This document shows positions 1-11,600 of a stretch of 64,000 bases of DNA, in pieces; within the stretch, counting starts at the first letter, position 1, and every line of letters starts with the position of its first letter. The translations under genes were made by a program, and so were the position numbers. The DNA lies in NCBI GenBank assembly GCA_965178125.1, contig OZ237750.1, positions 1,054,001 through 1,118,000 on the forward strand, written 5' to 3'. The notes below the pieces were generated by a model that was not told where the DNA came from, did not search any database, and worked only from the letters and a program-made list of their open reading frames with translations. The DNA is from Bilabrum cf. latius. Lineage: Eukaryota.

Positions 1-1144
1 GGCCTCTCAGGTGCACTGCGGCCACGGCTCGCGCTGCCTCCAAAATGCTGCCGTCCCAGCTGTGTCGTCGCACCAGCCCACGAGCACTGTGCCTCTGCCT
101 ATCACCTGTGGTCTATCCTCTGCCATGACTATCCACCCCATCTCCACCCTTGCCTCCTACACCCGTGGGGTCCTCGTCCTCGTCCTCGTCCTTGTCATCA
201 CCTGTCTCTTCATCCGATGGATACCCCCTGCCTGGCAAGAACCCAGTGGCCCGAAGCCTGGCTTCTCTCGACAGCATGGGGGTCAGCAATGCAAGCGAGG
301 TGTGCGCGCTCCATGCGCTCCGCACCGAGGATTCCTCCCAGCTCGGGGCCCGCAGCTACCGGGGGGTGTCTGCTGCAGTAGCAGTTGCAGTAGCAGTGGC
401 AGCTGCAGGCCCGGAGATAGAGGCAGTGGCAGTGGCTGGAGTATTGCTGGATGCATGGTCCTGCTTGCTGTCAGATGCACTTGCGCTTGCAATTGCACTC
501 AAGCTGGCCAGCGTGGGGGGGACCCCGAGCTGGGGCGAGCTGCGCGTTCGCACCCCAATTGCCCCAGGGCTGTTTCCGCCGCTGCGGCTGCCTCGGGACC
601 TGGGCGGGGTGCGGGCGGGGCTATGCCCGGTGTTTGCCTGCAATAGCTGCTCTAGTCGAGCAGCGTGCTGCTTTGAGCTCCTTGCGCGGGCTGGTGAACG
701 CCGGACTTCCCAGGCAATGGACCGTCGTTCGCGCGGAGATCGTGATGGCGAACCGGGCTCACTGCCAGCGCGACGACCCGGGGATGATTCTGGTGTCATT
801 TCATGAATTTGAGACGCACTGCCCGCTGCATAGCTGCCACTTTCAGCGCTGTCCACGCGGACCAGTCGTTCCTGAAGAGAGGCGAAGTCTGCACGAGCTG
901 CCTCTAGAGCATCAATGGCTGTGCGGGTCTTCGCAATATCGCTCTCGAACTCGCATAACGTATAAAGCTCTTCAATTGATCTGCGTTGGGAAACTTTTTG
1001 GCTCTTGAGATTCACAGTGCTCCATTGAATGCGCGCACAATTCGAAATCGTAGGGAGCACTCACCTGTCCATATTTCTGAACGTTGACGACCACAGTTTC
1101 CGTCTAAATGTATGAGACCGGTCATCAGAATCATGCTGACTCAT
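1..1144 (-). CDS. SCAPER N-terminal-domain protein (3' end runs out of window); intron 981-1064
   Basis: Spliced RRKLWSSTFRNMDR|SIEELYTLCEFESD...ADFASLQERL and SIAWEVRRSP resemble SCAPER_N. Donor GTGAGT and acceptor CGCAG present. Frame continues through TAG at 356 and 113. Confidence 0.65.
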
Positions 1145-1312
1145 CGAAATGACCACGATACGAGCCGCAGGCGTGGATCCGAGGACAGAGCAAGTCGAAC
1201 GTTCCATCCAAGCGAGTTGCCGTTGCGAGGCACTGCGCAAATGCCAGACCAGAGGACCCAATGCAGGTAGAGGCCTGGTATTTCAAAGATCTTTGCAACC
1301 AATAAAGAAACC

Positions 1313-4300
1313 ATGAGAAGGGAAGCACGTATGTTGGCCACTAGAGGAAGTCCAGCAAACGAAGACTAGTAGTACAGCTCAATCCAACTGCAGCTTGAAC
1401 GGGTGCGTGCGCAATTCAACCTGCCCGAGCAATCCGATTTGTTGCTATTCGGTAGAGCACTGGATGATGCCAGTGATGCTGCCGCGCAAGTTGAAGCGCC
1501 GAAGGCTCGCGTATCGGTGCTTGGCGTGGTGCCGGCCTATGTGGCTCGAAGACGGAAGGAGCTAGCTGCAGGGGCCTCATCGAATGGAAGAGTTGCACGT
1601 GGGAAACGGCTTCAACCAGACAAAGTACCGCATAACCTTCTCACTGATGCTGCGGCCCAGACCATGGTTGGTTTGTCAACTGCACTGAAGCGAGCGAATG
1701 CTGGAACCTCATCTCTTCAAGAGTCTGCCATGCGCCAGGCCGCCTCCAAGCATGGCCATCGCGTTGAAACTCTGCACGAGTCTGCCATCGAAATGGCAGC
1801 TCGACCGGCCTCATCCTTAGCGGCTAGAAGCAGGACTGCCAGAGTCGGGTCGCGAGGCAGAGCTCCCATTGACCCGTCCCCAGCGAGTGCAGTCCTGGCG
1901 TCCATGCATGCGGCCCATCGCATCGGCGTCTGGCAGGCGGAAAGCCCAGCCCCAGGCGGAAGGGTGGCCGGCGCATCGCTCACTGGCAGGCCCGCCACGG
2001 CAGGCACCACCTCCCGTCCGCCATGGAGGCACGGTGGGACCCAGGACCCGCACGCCGCCGCGCGCAGCCGTGCGCTGCACCTAGCCAGACGGGAGGTGGA
2101 GCAGGCGATCAGTGTGCCCGGAGTGGCCTTCGCAGGGGCCCATCGGCTGGAGCTGGCCAGGCGTCTAAGGGAGCGGATGCCCGGCCTGTCCCGGTCTGCG
2201 TCCACTCCATCCATGGAGGCGCGGGGTGGCAGTGGGCAGGGCAGCTGGCAGGAAACGGAGTCGGCTAGCGAGAACATGGACGTTGAAGAGGACGCGGTTG
2301 ATCGGGTGCACCGCCATGCGGTGCAGCTGCGGGACCAGGTCACTGCCGCGAGCGCCCTGGGGTACAGCGAGAGGTTGCGGCGAGAGGCCGCGCGACGCAA
2401 CCGAGAGGCTGCTGCCAGTGTTGGTTAGGCTGCTGCCGGCGTTGGTTCCAGTGCGGGCCAGGGCCACGGCTCTAGGGCAAGATGGCGCCGACTTAGCCAG
2501 CAGCGGGGTGTGCTTGTGTCAAGGGCCGCAGAGGTGGCCGGCAGGTCGGCAGGAGCGGGGGCCGTGGCGGCTGCGGGCGGCTCCAGGGGGATCTTCGCCG
2601 CCACTGGAGAACACGAAGCAAGGAACAGGGTGGTGGCCGTGCTGAGGGGTGTGACGAGTGCATCGGCCGTCGACTCTGGGTCTTCCGGCAGGGCCACTCC
2701 AGGACTGCCGGCCATCGCGGGGGGGCCGGGAGCCGGCAGTGCGAATGGCGGGAGCGTGCTGTTTGGATCGCGCGGCCCTGGCGAGGGGCTGGAGGCTGCC
2801 GTGGATGGGTACGATCCCGCGCTGGATCCAGCCGTGCGAGCAGCAGTGGACCGAGTGGTGGCCCAGGCCCAGGCCCAAGCCCAGGCCCAAGCACTTGCAA
2901 GGACTCGGCCTGCATCGAGCGCGGGGCTCGGGGCTAGGCGATCCCACCACGGGACAGCTGGGTCCAGGGCAAGAACAAGATCGGGGAGGAGGACCTGGGG
3001 TCAAGGTGCTCGCTCCTCCGATGCACCAGCCCGAGGCTATGCTTCGGCTTCGGCGCGCCCGGGCACAGCGCCTGCCTCAGTGGCCTCAGCTCTCGGGTCA
3101 CCATCCTCAACCAGGGCCAAGCCAGAGAGCATCCCCGATGCTGGTGCGAGGGACAGGCGAGGTATTTTTCCGCCGGAACTCATGCGGAGAGAGGACTTCC
3201 GCAAGGCTGTCGTGGAGCCGCGCATCGAGCGGGGCTCTCCCTCGGCCCCCGGATCGCCGGGCGGGTCACCACCATCAACGAGGCCCTCTTCCAAACGCAG
3301 AAGCAAGAAGCAGGCCGCTGAGACGGTGTTCATGCAGGAGCTGCGGGCTGCGTGCGCGCACGAGCCCGAGGACAGGACCCGCAGGGACATGCTGGTAATC
3401 ACCCGCACGCTGCGGCGACTGCCCTTCACGCTCGAGCTGGAGGCGCACTATCTCGAAGACTTGGCTGGCTGCGTGGGGCACAGGGCGGTCAAGCGAGGCG
3501 AGCTCGTCTGCGTGCAGGGAGAGCACGGGGACGCGTTCTATGCAATTCTGAGCGGGCGGCTTGAGGTGGAGGTGCGGGGGATGGGCGTCGTGGGGGCGCT
3601 GGGGGCGGGGCAGACGTTCGGCGAGCTTGCGCTGCTGCAGACGGGGACGAGGAACGCCACGGTCCGGGTGTGCAGCGGGCAAGCAGAGCTCATGGTGATT
3701 CGGCGAGCGGATTTTCAGAGGATCCTGCGGGGCGCCGAGGCCCAGCGCCTCATGCACATCGTGGACTTTCTGTCCAAGCTGCCCCTGCTGCGGGGCTGGC
3801 AGCGGCTCCGGCTGAAGCAGCTTGGCAGCGTGATGACCAGGGAGCTGGTGCGCGAGGGCGGCATCATCGCCAAGCAGGGGCAGCCGCTGAGCCACGTGAC
3901 GGTCCTCGTGGCTGGGAGCGCGCTGCTGCACCACCGAGCCGTGGTGGAGGCCGTGAACAGCTGGCCCGCGCCCACTGCTCGGAGACCAGACGGCCGTATC
4001 GAGAGAGTGGAGGGCAAGCGGCCCCCTGACCTGGCCAAAGTGGCGACCGAGGGCCGATGGAAGCTGAGTGGGCAGCCAGTGGGCAGGGAGCGCATCGGGG
4101 TGACAAAGGGGGGCGAGCTGGCGATGACGAGACGGAGGGCGCGCATGGTGGTGGACGCGCTGGCAGGGCAGCTGCGGTCGGGGGCCGTCTTCGGGCTCAC
4201 TGCGGCCCTGGACCGGCAGCCGTGCCCCTTCACTGTGGTGGCTGCGGAGAGCTCCTGGGTGCTGCGGCTGCACTCGCACTACTTCACGTCCAACGCATTC

Positions 4301-5389
4301 GTGGAGCAGGACGAGGTCTTCGAAAACCTGCTGCGGCGCAGGCGGGCCCGGCTCGAGGCCGCGCAGCTGGACACCATTTCGCTGACGGACCTCGCCGCGC
4401 TCGTCTCGGAGAAGACGGGCCCAGCTCCCGGCGATCTGGCGGGGTCAGGGAGGGGCGCGGCCGGTCAGGGCGATCTGGTGGGGGGAAAGGGAGGGATGGC
4501 AGTGCCATTGCCTGCGGTGGAGGCACTCGGTCGCGAGGGGGCGGGGAACGGGGGGTTGTCCAGTTCCTCCGGGAGGGGCGAGGGACGTGGGAACCAGCAT
4601 CAGCATGAGCACGAGCACGAGCACACGTACGTTGCCCCTGACGCTGTGCCTGACGAGGGCCAGGGGACAGCGCACAGCGTGCTGGTGTTCCCCTCGGTGA
4701 GCCAGATCGGGGGCAAGCTGGGGGCGGCAGGAGCCTCTGCCGTGGGGCAGGTGGGGGCGGGGAGCGCACAGCGCGCGCAGCGAGAGGCAATCCTGACCCA
4801 ACGGCGCGCCTCCCTTGTGGCCATGGCCCCTTTAACGTCGCAAGAGGGCAGCCACCTGCTGCGCAAGGTGATGCACTTCTTGCTGGACGAGGCCGCCAGG
4901 CAGAGGCAGAGGCAGAGGGCGAGAGAGAAGGCGGGCCTCATGGGGGCAGCGGCTCCCGAGTTCGCGGCATCGGGTGCGGATGGTGCTCCAGATGAGCGGG
5001 GCGGAAGGGCGGGGATTGTTAGGCTCGGAGCAGCAGTGGCGGAGGACAGGGACAGGGGCGGTGAGATGGAGAGGGAGAGGGAGAGGGGGACCGAGCCCGA
5101 GGGTGAGGGCGAGTCGTGGGGTACTGTTGACGGTGCGGAGGCCAGCCGCAGCAGCAGGAAGAGTGCAGCAGCCCGGCGCACCACTCGGCGAGAGCAGCAG
5201 TCGATCCGCAGGGCAGAGGCCTAGGAGGAGGTCGAACGGACGCTGAGGAGGCGGGAGCAGGTGCAGGCAGTGGGGCCGAGTCGCAGGGCCCGTGAGCTGC
5301 CGGGGGTATCCAGAGGGGACCTGGATGGATTTGGCGGGATGCTGTCGGTGCAAGCATCGGTGGAGCTCGGGGAAGAAGATGGCTGCTGA
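1313..5389 (+). CDS. Cyclic nucleotide-binding domain protein (~1350 aa, single exon)
   Basis: ORFs 1403-2428 and 2510-5224 share a frame and are separated only by TAG; first TGA is 5387-5389. cNMP motif QGEHGDAFYAILSG...FGELALL...RNATV plus a second degenerate cNMP domain. Start is 1313 or 1331. Confidence 0.8.
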
Positions 5390-5494
5390 TGATTTGGCAA
5401 CCCTTGCGAATTAATGTTCCGCTAGTAGTCTCTGCGCGGCGCCGCTGGCATCAGCGTGGATCTGCTAACAAAACTCTGGTCCACCCCGAACACT

Positions 5495-7171
5495 ATGCTT
5501 GGCATTTCAGCAGTGACTTCCCTTTTATTCGCAAGTGCAGCCTATGCTGGGCATAGCAAGTCCCCACCGAGGGTTAGTTTGCGCATGGAGCCAGTCTCCT
5601 GCGCCCACTCCACAGCTTCCTCTCGAGAGGATTTGGCATCGTATTCAACGATGCTAGCATCGTGAATTATCCAATCATCTGTTGTATATCATGAGCAGGG
5701 CTGGAATAGCTACGATTCTTACAACTGGGTCATTACAGAGGCAGAGTTTCTTCAGAATGCGAAATGGCAGGCCGAAAACCTGCTTCCATACGGCTACGAC
5801 ACGGCGGTCGTTGACTACCTGTGGTTCATGCCATTGAATGGGTCCACCACTGTGAATGACAAGTACGGAAGGCCTCAGCCAGATCCGGCCCGGTGGCCGT
5901 CGTCAGCAAATGGGGCCGGTTTCGGTCCAGTCGCCCAGAAGGTCCATGCGATGGGCCTTAAGTTTGGGATCCACGTGATGCGTGGAATCACGTCCCAAGC
6001 CCGCGACGCAAACACTCCAGTGCTGAACGGCGGCGGAGCTACCACTAAATCGATCGTCCAGACTGACGGCAGCGCTGCGTGCCCGTGGTACCAGTTCAGC
6101 ATCGCGATCAATGCCACTGCTCCCGGCGCACAGGCGTACTTTGACAGCATGGTGGAGCAGTGGGCCGGATGGGGCGTGGATTTCATCAAGAACGACTGCG
6201 TGTTCGCGGGGAACTACGAGAAGGGCGACATCCTTGCCATGGCCCAGGCCTTCAGCAAGCACAAGCCCGACATGGTCTACTCGCTGAGCCCGGGGGGCAA
6301 CACCGCCACGCCTGCAATGGCCAGGGAGGTGGCAGAGCACGTGGACATGTATAGGTGAGCCACTACCTGCCTTGCCATCCACATCGATCGATCTCCCAGC
6401 GCACTCTATATCGCCAATGCCAACCCCCCCCCCCCCCCCTTCCCCCCCGACGAGTGTCTCTCTGTCTCTTTTTTCAAACATATTAGATTCTCTCTGTCTC
6501 TTTTTGGTTGATTCTACACGGGCAGGATCTGCGGGGACGACTGGGACAAGCAGAGCGACCTGCTCAGCCACTTCGCCCCCGCGGCCCAGTTCGCCGCCGC
6601 AGGGCTCACTGGGTACCAGGGCAGCTTCCCAGACCTGGACATGCTGCCCCTCGGCTACATCGCCCAGCCGTGCGGCAACAATGAGGACAAGCCCTCCTGC
6701 CGCCCCAGCCACCAGAGCGCGCTGACCCACGGGCAGCAGCGCATGCAGATGACCCTCTGGCAGCTCTCCAGGAGCCCCCTCTTCTTCGGGGGGGTCATGA
6801 ACGACAGCACCGTGGACCCCTTCACCTGGTCCATGCTCACCAACAGGGAGCTCCTCGACCTCAACGCGGACGAGGGAGCCAACGGGACCTGTGTGCTCAA
6901 CTGCGAAGGGTACCCCAGCGGGATCGTCGCCTGGAGGGCGCGAGCCACCACCGGGCACTTCAAGGGGGTGCAGTACGCTGCGGTGCTGAACGCGGGCGCA
7001 TCCCCTGCCACAGCCACGCTGCAGCTGTCCCAGTTTGGGATCCAAGCCCCGCCCGCTGGATGCTCGACCAGGGAGGTGTGGAGTGGCAGCCCGCTGGCCC
7101 CCGCTGTAGGGAGCACCTTTCAGGTGGACGTGCCCGCTCAGGACGCGGTGGTGGTTGCCTTCGCGTGCTGA
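5495..7171 (+). CDS. Secreted GH27 alpha-galactosidase (melibiase); introns 5573-5698 and 6355-6525
   Basis: Signal peptide; PPR|GWNSYD, VVDYLW, WGVDFIKND, YR|ICGDDWD and FPDLDMLPLG motifs; TGA stop. Confidence 0.9.
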
Positions 7172-7443
7172 GGCCGGCTGTCTCCCTGGGGAAGGGGTCG
7201 GCTGGGTCTACAGGGTATTTATGACCAGACAGCCTCTGCTGGTAGGGGCATAATTATGGCATCTTGTGTGTTGCGTGCATGCTTGGCCGTAGACTGCTGC
7301 ATTCTTCGATGCCCGGGTGATGCAGAGCCCAAACTTCATATCGCAAATCGTGTCAAAGAATGAATGCATCATCACGCCGCGATCGATATGCGCGGCTTGC
7401 ATGCTAGCTCCAAACCAGCGCGCACACACACACGCGCGCGCTC

Positions 7444-8531
7444 TCAGGGCGGAGCCGCCAGGTGCAGAGCCGCCGCATCCTCGGCCCCCTGGCCCCTGCC
7501 CCCGCCACTTTTGTCCACGTAGAAAGAGGGAAGCCTCTCCCCGAAGAACACCTTGGAGGTGTTCCCCATGGCCTCGATGTGCCGCAGCTGCAGATACTCC
7601 GGGGTGAGCAGGTCCTGGTTGGCCTTGGCCAGCAGCTCGAGGCGGTACGATTCTGACTCGGCCTGCGCGCGAGCACGGGCCACCAATATGGCGTCGTCGA
7701 TCCGAGACACGTTCTGCAGGGCTTCTCGCTCCATGATGCGCCTGCGGTTCTAGATGGCACTGATGTCGGTCTCCTTCTGCGCGTGGATTTGCGAGATCTT
7801 CCGCTCCGTCTCAGCTTCCAGCTCCTGCACCTTGGCTCTCTGCTGAGCGACCAGGACCTCTGCCTTCTGCACCTCCATGTTAAGGAAGTTCTGCTCAATC
7901 TACCGAGGAAGCCTGGGCTTGGTGACTCTGACAGCAATGATGTTGAGCCCTTTCGTGAAACGGTTGGCTTCGTGCTGCAGACGGTCGCGCAGCAGCTCAT
8001 CCAGCTCATCGAATTTTTCGATTAGCACCTATCTCAGCGTAGCTTTGCTACAATGCTGGTTGATTTCACTGTGCAGCCTCTGGAAAACCAGGGCCTGATC
8101 GTAGTCGATTCCAAACTCGCGAACGACGTCAAGCACAGCTGTCTCATTCAGCTGATTGACAACCTCTACGCGATCAAAAGAGATCAGAACACCACCTGAG
8201 GTGCCACATGCGATTTGGTTCACTTCTGCGAGAGATCAGGGAGTACAGGATGTGCAATAACACCAACGAAGTTCGTGGGCAGCCGATCTTTTCCATTCCC
8301 GGCCTCTCGCCAGTATTGCTCACCATCAACCTGCTGCGTGACCTAAATCTATTCAAACCTATCAACGAGAGGAATGGCAAGGTGCAGGCCTGGTCTGTAA
8401 ATCGCATCAGAGAGCTTTCCGAGCCTGAACACGATCCCAACGTGGCCTTCCTAAACTACATTGAAGCCAAACGAAGCTATCAATGCACCAATAGCAGCAA
8501 ACACAAATGAAACAATTAGGACTTGCGACAT
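7444..8531 (-). CDS. ERLIN: Erlin (SPFH/Band 7 family); intron 8226-8323
   Basis: N-terminal TM helix, EGHVGIVFR, CGTSGGVLISFDRVEVVNQL, HSEINQHCS, IIAVRVTKP, LLTPEYLQL. Needs about 6 TAG read as sense; TGA stop. Confidence 0.88.
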
Positions 8532-8679
8532 TTGTGAGCTCCTGTAGATCACAAATACGGATCCGGTCCAGAAAAACACCGTTTCAGATTATTGAGAACC
8601 GGAACCTGCCAGTGGGAACTTCGAAGTTGCAAATCATGGTGCCTCTTCTCCAGTTCATTTACAATATATTCCCGCAATG

Positions 8680-11600
8680 TTATGCGTCGCTTCCCCCATC
8701 TGCCCCGCTGCCAGCCCCCGCGTCCCCTGCTTCCCCACGGAGCATGGCCATTTCCTGGTTGTGCAGAGTGAGCTCCTCGTTCGTCTCGCGGAGCTGCGCC
8801 TCGAGACCGGCCATGGTCAGGGACCCTCCGCCCGCCGTCACCTTGGCACCCACCCCGCGAGGACGCCTGCCGCCATTCACTGCAGCTGCTGCTTCCTCCT
8901 CGCTCGGCAGCAGTCCACCGCTCCCTCGGCGCGACCCGCTGGCACCTCCCACGACGCCCCGCCCCGCCGCGGGCAGGGTTCCCGTCGATGCCGCCACGCG
9001 CGTGGCAGACCCCCGCATGGGGGACCGCAGCAGCCCCAACGAGTCGGAACGGCGCCCCCCGCGCATGCCCACCCTGCTGCCCCTGCCCCCGAGGCTACCG
9101 TTTCCATTCTCGCCCACGCTCAGCTGGCTCACCCCGCCCAACCGGCGGCTGCCCCCCATCCCGCTGCTGGACGGGCCTCCCCGCAGGGTGGCCACGGACC
9201 GCTGTCCGGGCCCTCCCCCCCCACTGCTCCCGAGCCCCTTGCCCTTGCCCGCGTGCCGCGCCCGGACCCCCCTTGCCAGCGCCGCCAGCGAGTCGGTGGA
9301 TCCCTCCCCCTGCCCCAGAACCTCGCTCTCGTTGGCGCCAACCATGGACCCGCCCATAAGGCCCGTTCCCATCTCAAGCTCAACGGACATGCTTCCCAGG
9401 GCGGAGGGAGACCCCAGACCCCCGAGACCAGCCATGGACGGCCGGTCCACCCCAACCCCACTCGACAACATCCCGCCCCCGCTGCCGTCAAACTCCGACG
9501 CCTTGCCCTCCCCCGCACCCTCTGCATCAGACACCATGGAAGGGGCAGGGCCAAGACCAAGCGGGGAATGGCTCCTCGGCGGCCGCCCCGATCCGCTCCC
9601 GCTCCCGCCCTCCGCCCTCGTCCCAGCTCCAGCTCCAGCTCGTGCCTTCATCCTGCCTCCCCGCGGCTGCCTCCCGCCGATACCCCCCTTCTGCTTGGCC
9701 AGGAAGACCTGCTCCTCCAGCCGCCGCTTGTCCTGGTGCAACGTGGCCACCTCGCGCCGCAGTTTGTTGCACTCGGACAGCAGCCGAGAGTTGTCCACCA
9801 TCGCCGACCTGCTCTTGCGCTCCGCCTCGAAGCTCGTCTGAGAGGCCTGTCGCGCGAGGGCGCGGGCTCCCCTCTGCATGTAGTCCCGCTGCCGCCGCAG
9901 CTCGCCAATGGTCTCCTACGCGTGCAGCTGCTCGATGCGGTTCTGGTTCAGCAAGTGGTCGATGCGAGCCTGCTACGAGTCACCCTCCTGCCCCTCCCCC
10001 GCGATTGCGCTAGCTCCCACCCCCGACGCCTTGCCTTCCGACCCTGCTTTCTTGCTTGCAACTCCCGAGCCCGAGCCCGCGCCAGCCGCATCGCTGCCGC
10101 CGCGGGTCTTGCTGCGCGACTTGCTGGGCTTTGCGGGCTTGACGTGCCGCCGCTGAATGCGCTCTTCCTTCACGTGCTTGCTGTGGAGGTCTCGCAGTGC
10201 CCCAAAGGCATCACCATCCTGCCCGGAGAGCATGCCGATCTCGATATCTCGCAGCACGGCACGCAGCTTGGCCTCTAGCGCGTGCTACTGCTTCCTTAGT
10301 CGGGCCACCTCCGCCTTCATCCCATTCTGGCTCATCTCACTCTTCCTTTCCGTGGCTTGCATGCCCTTCATCTTCGCATCCGTTGTGGTAAGCTCGCTAT
10401 TCGTGTCGTTCAGCAATTTCTGCAGCTCCTTGACCCTCAAGGCCAACGGCTCCCTCTCCATCTTCATGTCCTCTATGTTGTGCTCCAGAATGCTGCGATG
10501 GTGCTGCAGCGTCTGGTTGTCGCTTCGGAGGGCCGCACTCTCTCGTTTCAGCTGCATGACGGTCTCCTCAGCGGCCCGCCTCTGGCGATCCTTGGAGTCG
10601 GACTGCTCCTTGGACTGCCGCAACTGCTCTTGCAGGATGATTATCTCCTAATTCGCCTCCTCTGCTAGTTCCCCCGCGCGATCTAGCCGCCTCCTGCTCT
10701 CATCCAGCTGCTTCCGGAGAGACACCACCTCCCCGGCCCGCTCCGCCGTCCGCTTCTGCTCCTCGATGAGGTCTCTCTGTCCGAAAAACCGCTCCTTGCG
10801 CAGGGCCTCTTCAGCCTCCTCTTCGGTCTGCGAGAGCTTGGTCTCGAAATCTGACTTCTCAGTGACCAGCTTCTGCCGGTGCTCGTCGATTTCGGCCCGG
10901 AGCTTGCGCTCCACCTCGTTGCGCTACTCCTCCAGCGCGTCCTCCTTCTCTGCCCTCTCCCTCGCCATGCGCTGCATCTCCTGCTCCGCCTGCTGCTTGG
11001 TGGCCGTCAGCTGCTCGTCCAGACGGTCGAAGCGGTCGATTTCCATGGCAAGCTGGTGCTCGTACTCGTTCTGCTTGACCCGCACTTGCCTCTCGTGGTG
11101 CGCCTTGAGGTCCGCGATGATTCCCTCGTCCCGCTTGGCCTGTTCCATGCTCTCCCGCTGCAGACGGGCGTACTCGTCCTTGAGCCGTCTCTGCTCCGCC
11201 CTCGAGTCGTCCAGCAGCTGCTGCCTCTCGTCCGCCCACTCGCGCTCCCTGAGCTTCAGCACGTCCTCCGCCGCGGCCCTGCTCTGCGAGAGCTCCTCCT
11301 CCAGCGTGTGCACCCTCTCGAACATCTCCCGAATCGCGTCTCGCTCCACGAGCCCCACGCGGTTGTTGAAGGCGCGCGCCGTGGGGGCCTCCCAAGAGTA
11401 CTGCACCATGGCCTGCGAGGCGGCGGCGGAGGCAGAGGCAGAGCCCGAGGCAGGCGAGGCGGAGGGGCTGCTAGAAGGGCTCGACCCGTCGCCTGCACCT
11501 CCGCTGGGCACGGCCGGTGGCAGCGAGCGCGGCACCCCCGCCCCCTGCCCCGGCACCCTGGTTGCTGCTCTGAGCTGCACGTTCCCCCGCACACGCTCCT

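Noticed and set aside
6424-6448. Poly-C tract
   Set aside because: Simple intronic homopolymer with no evidence of function.
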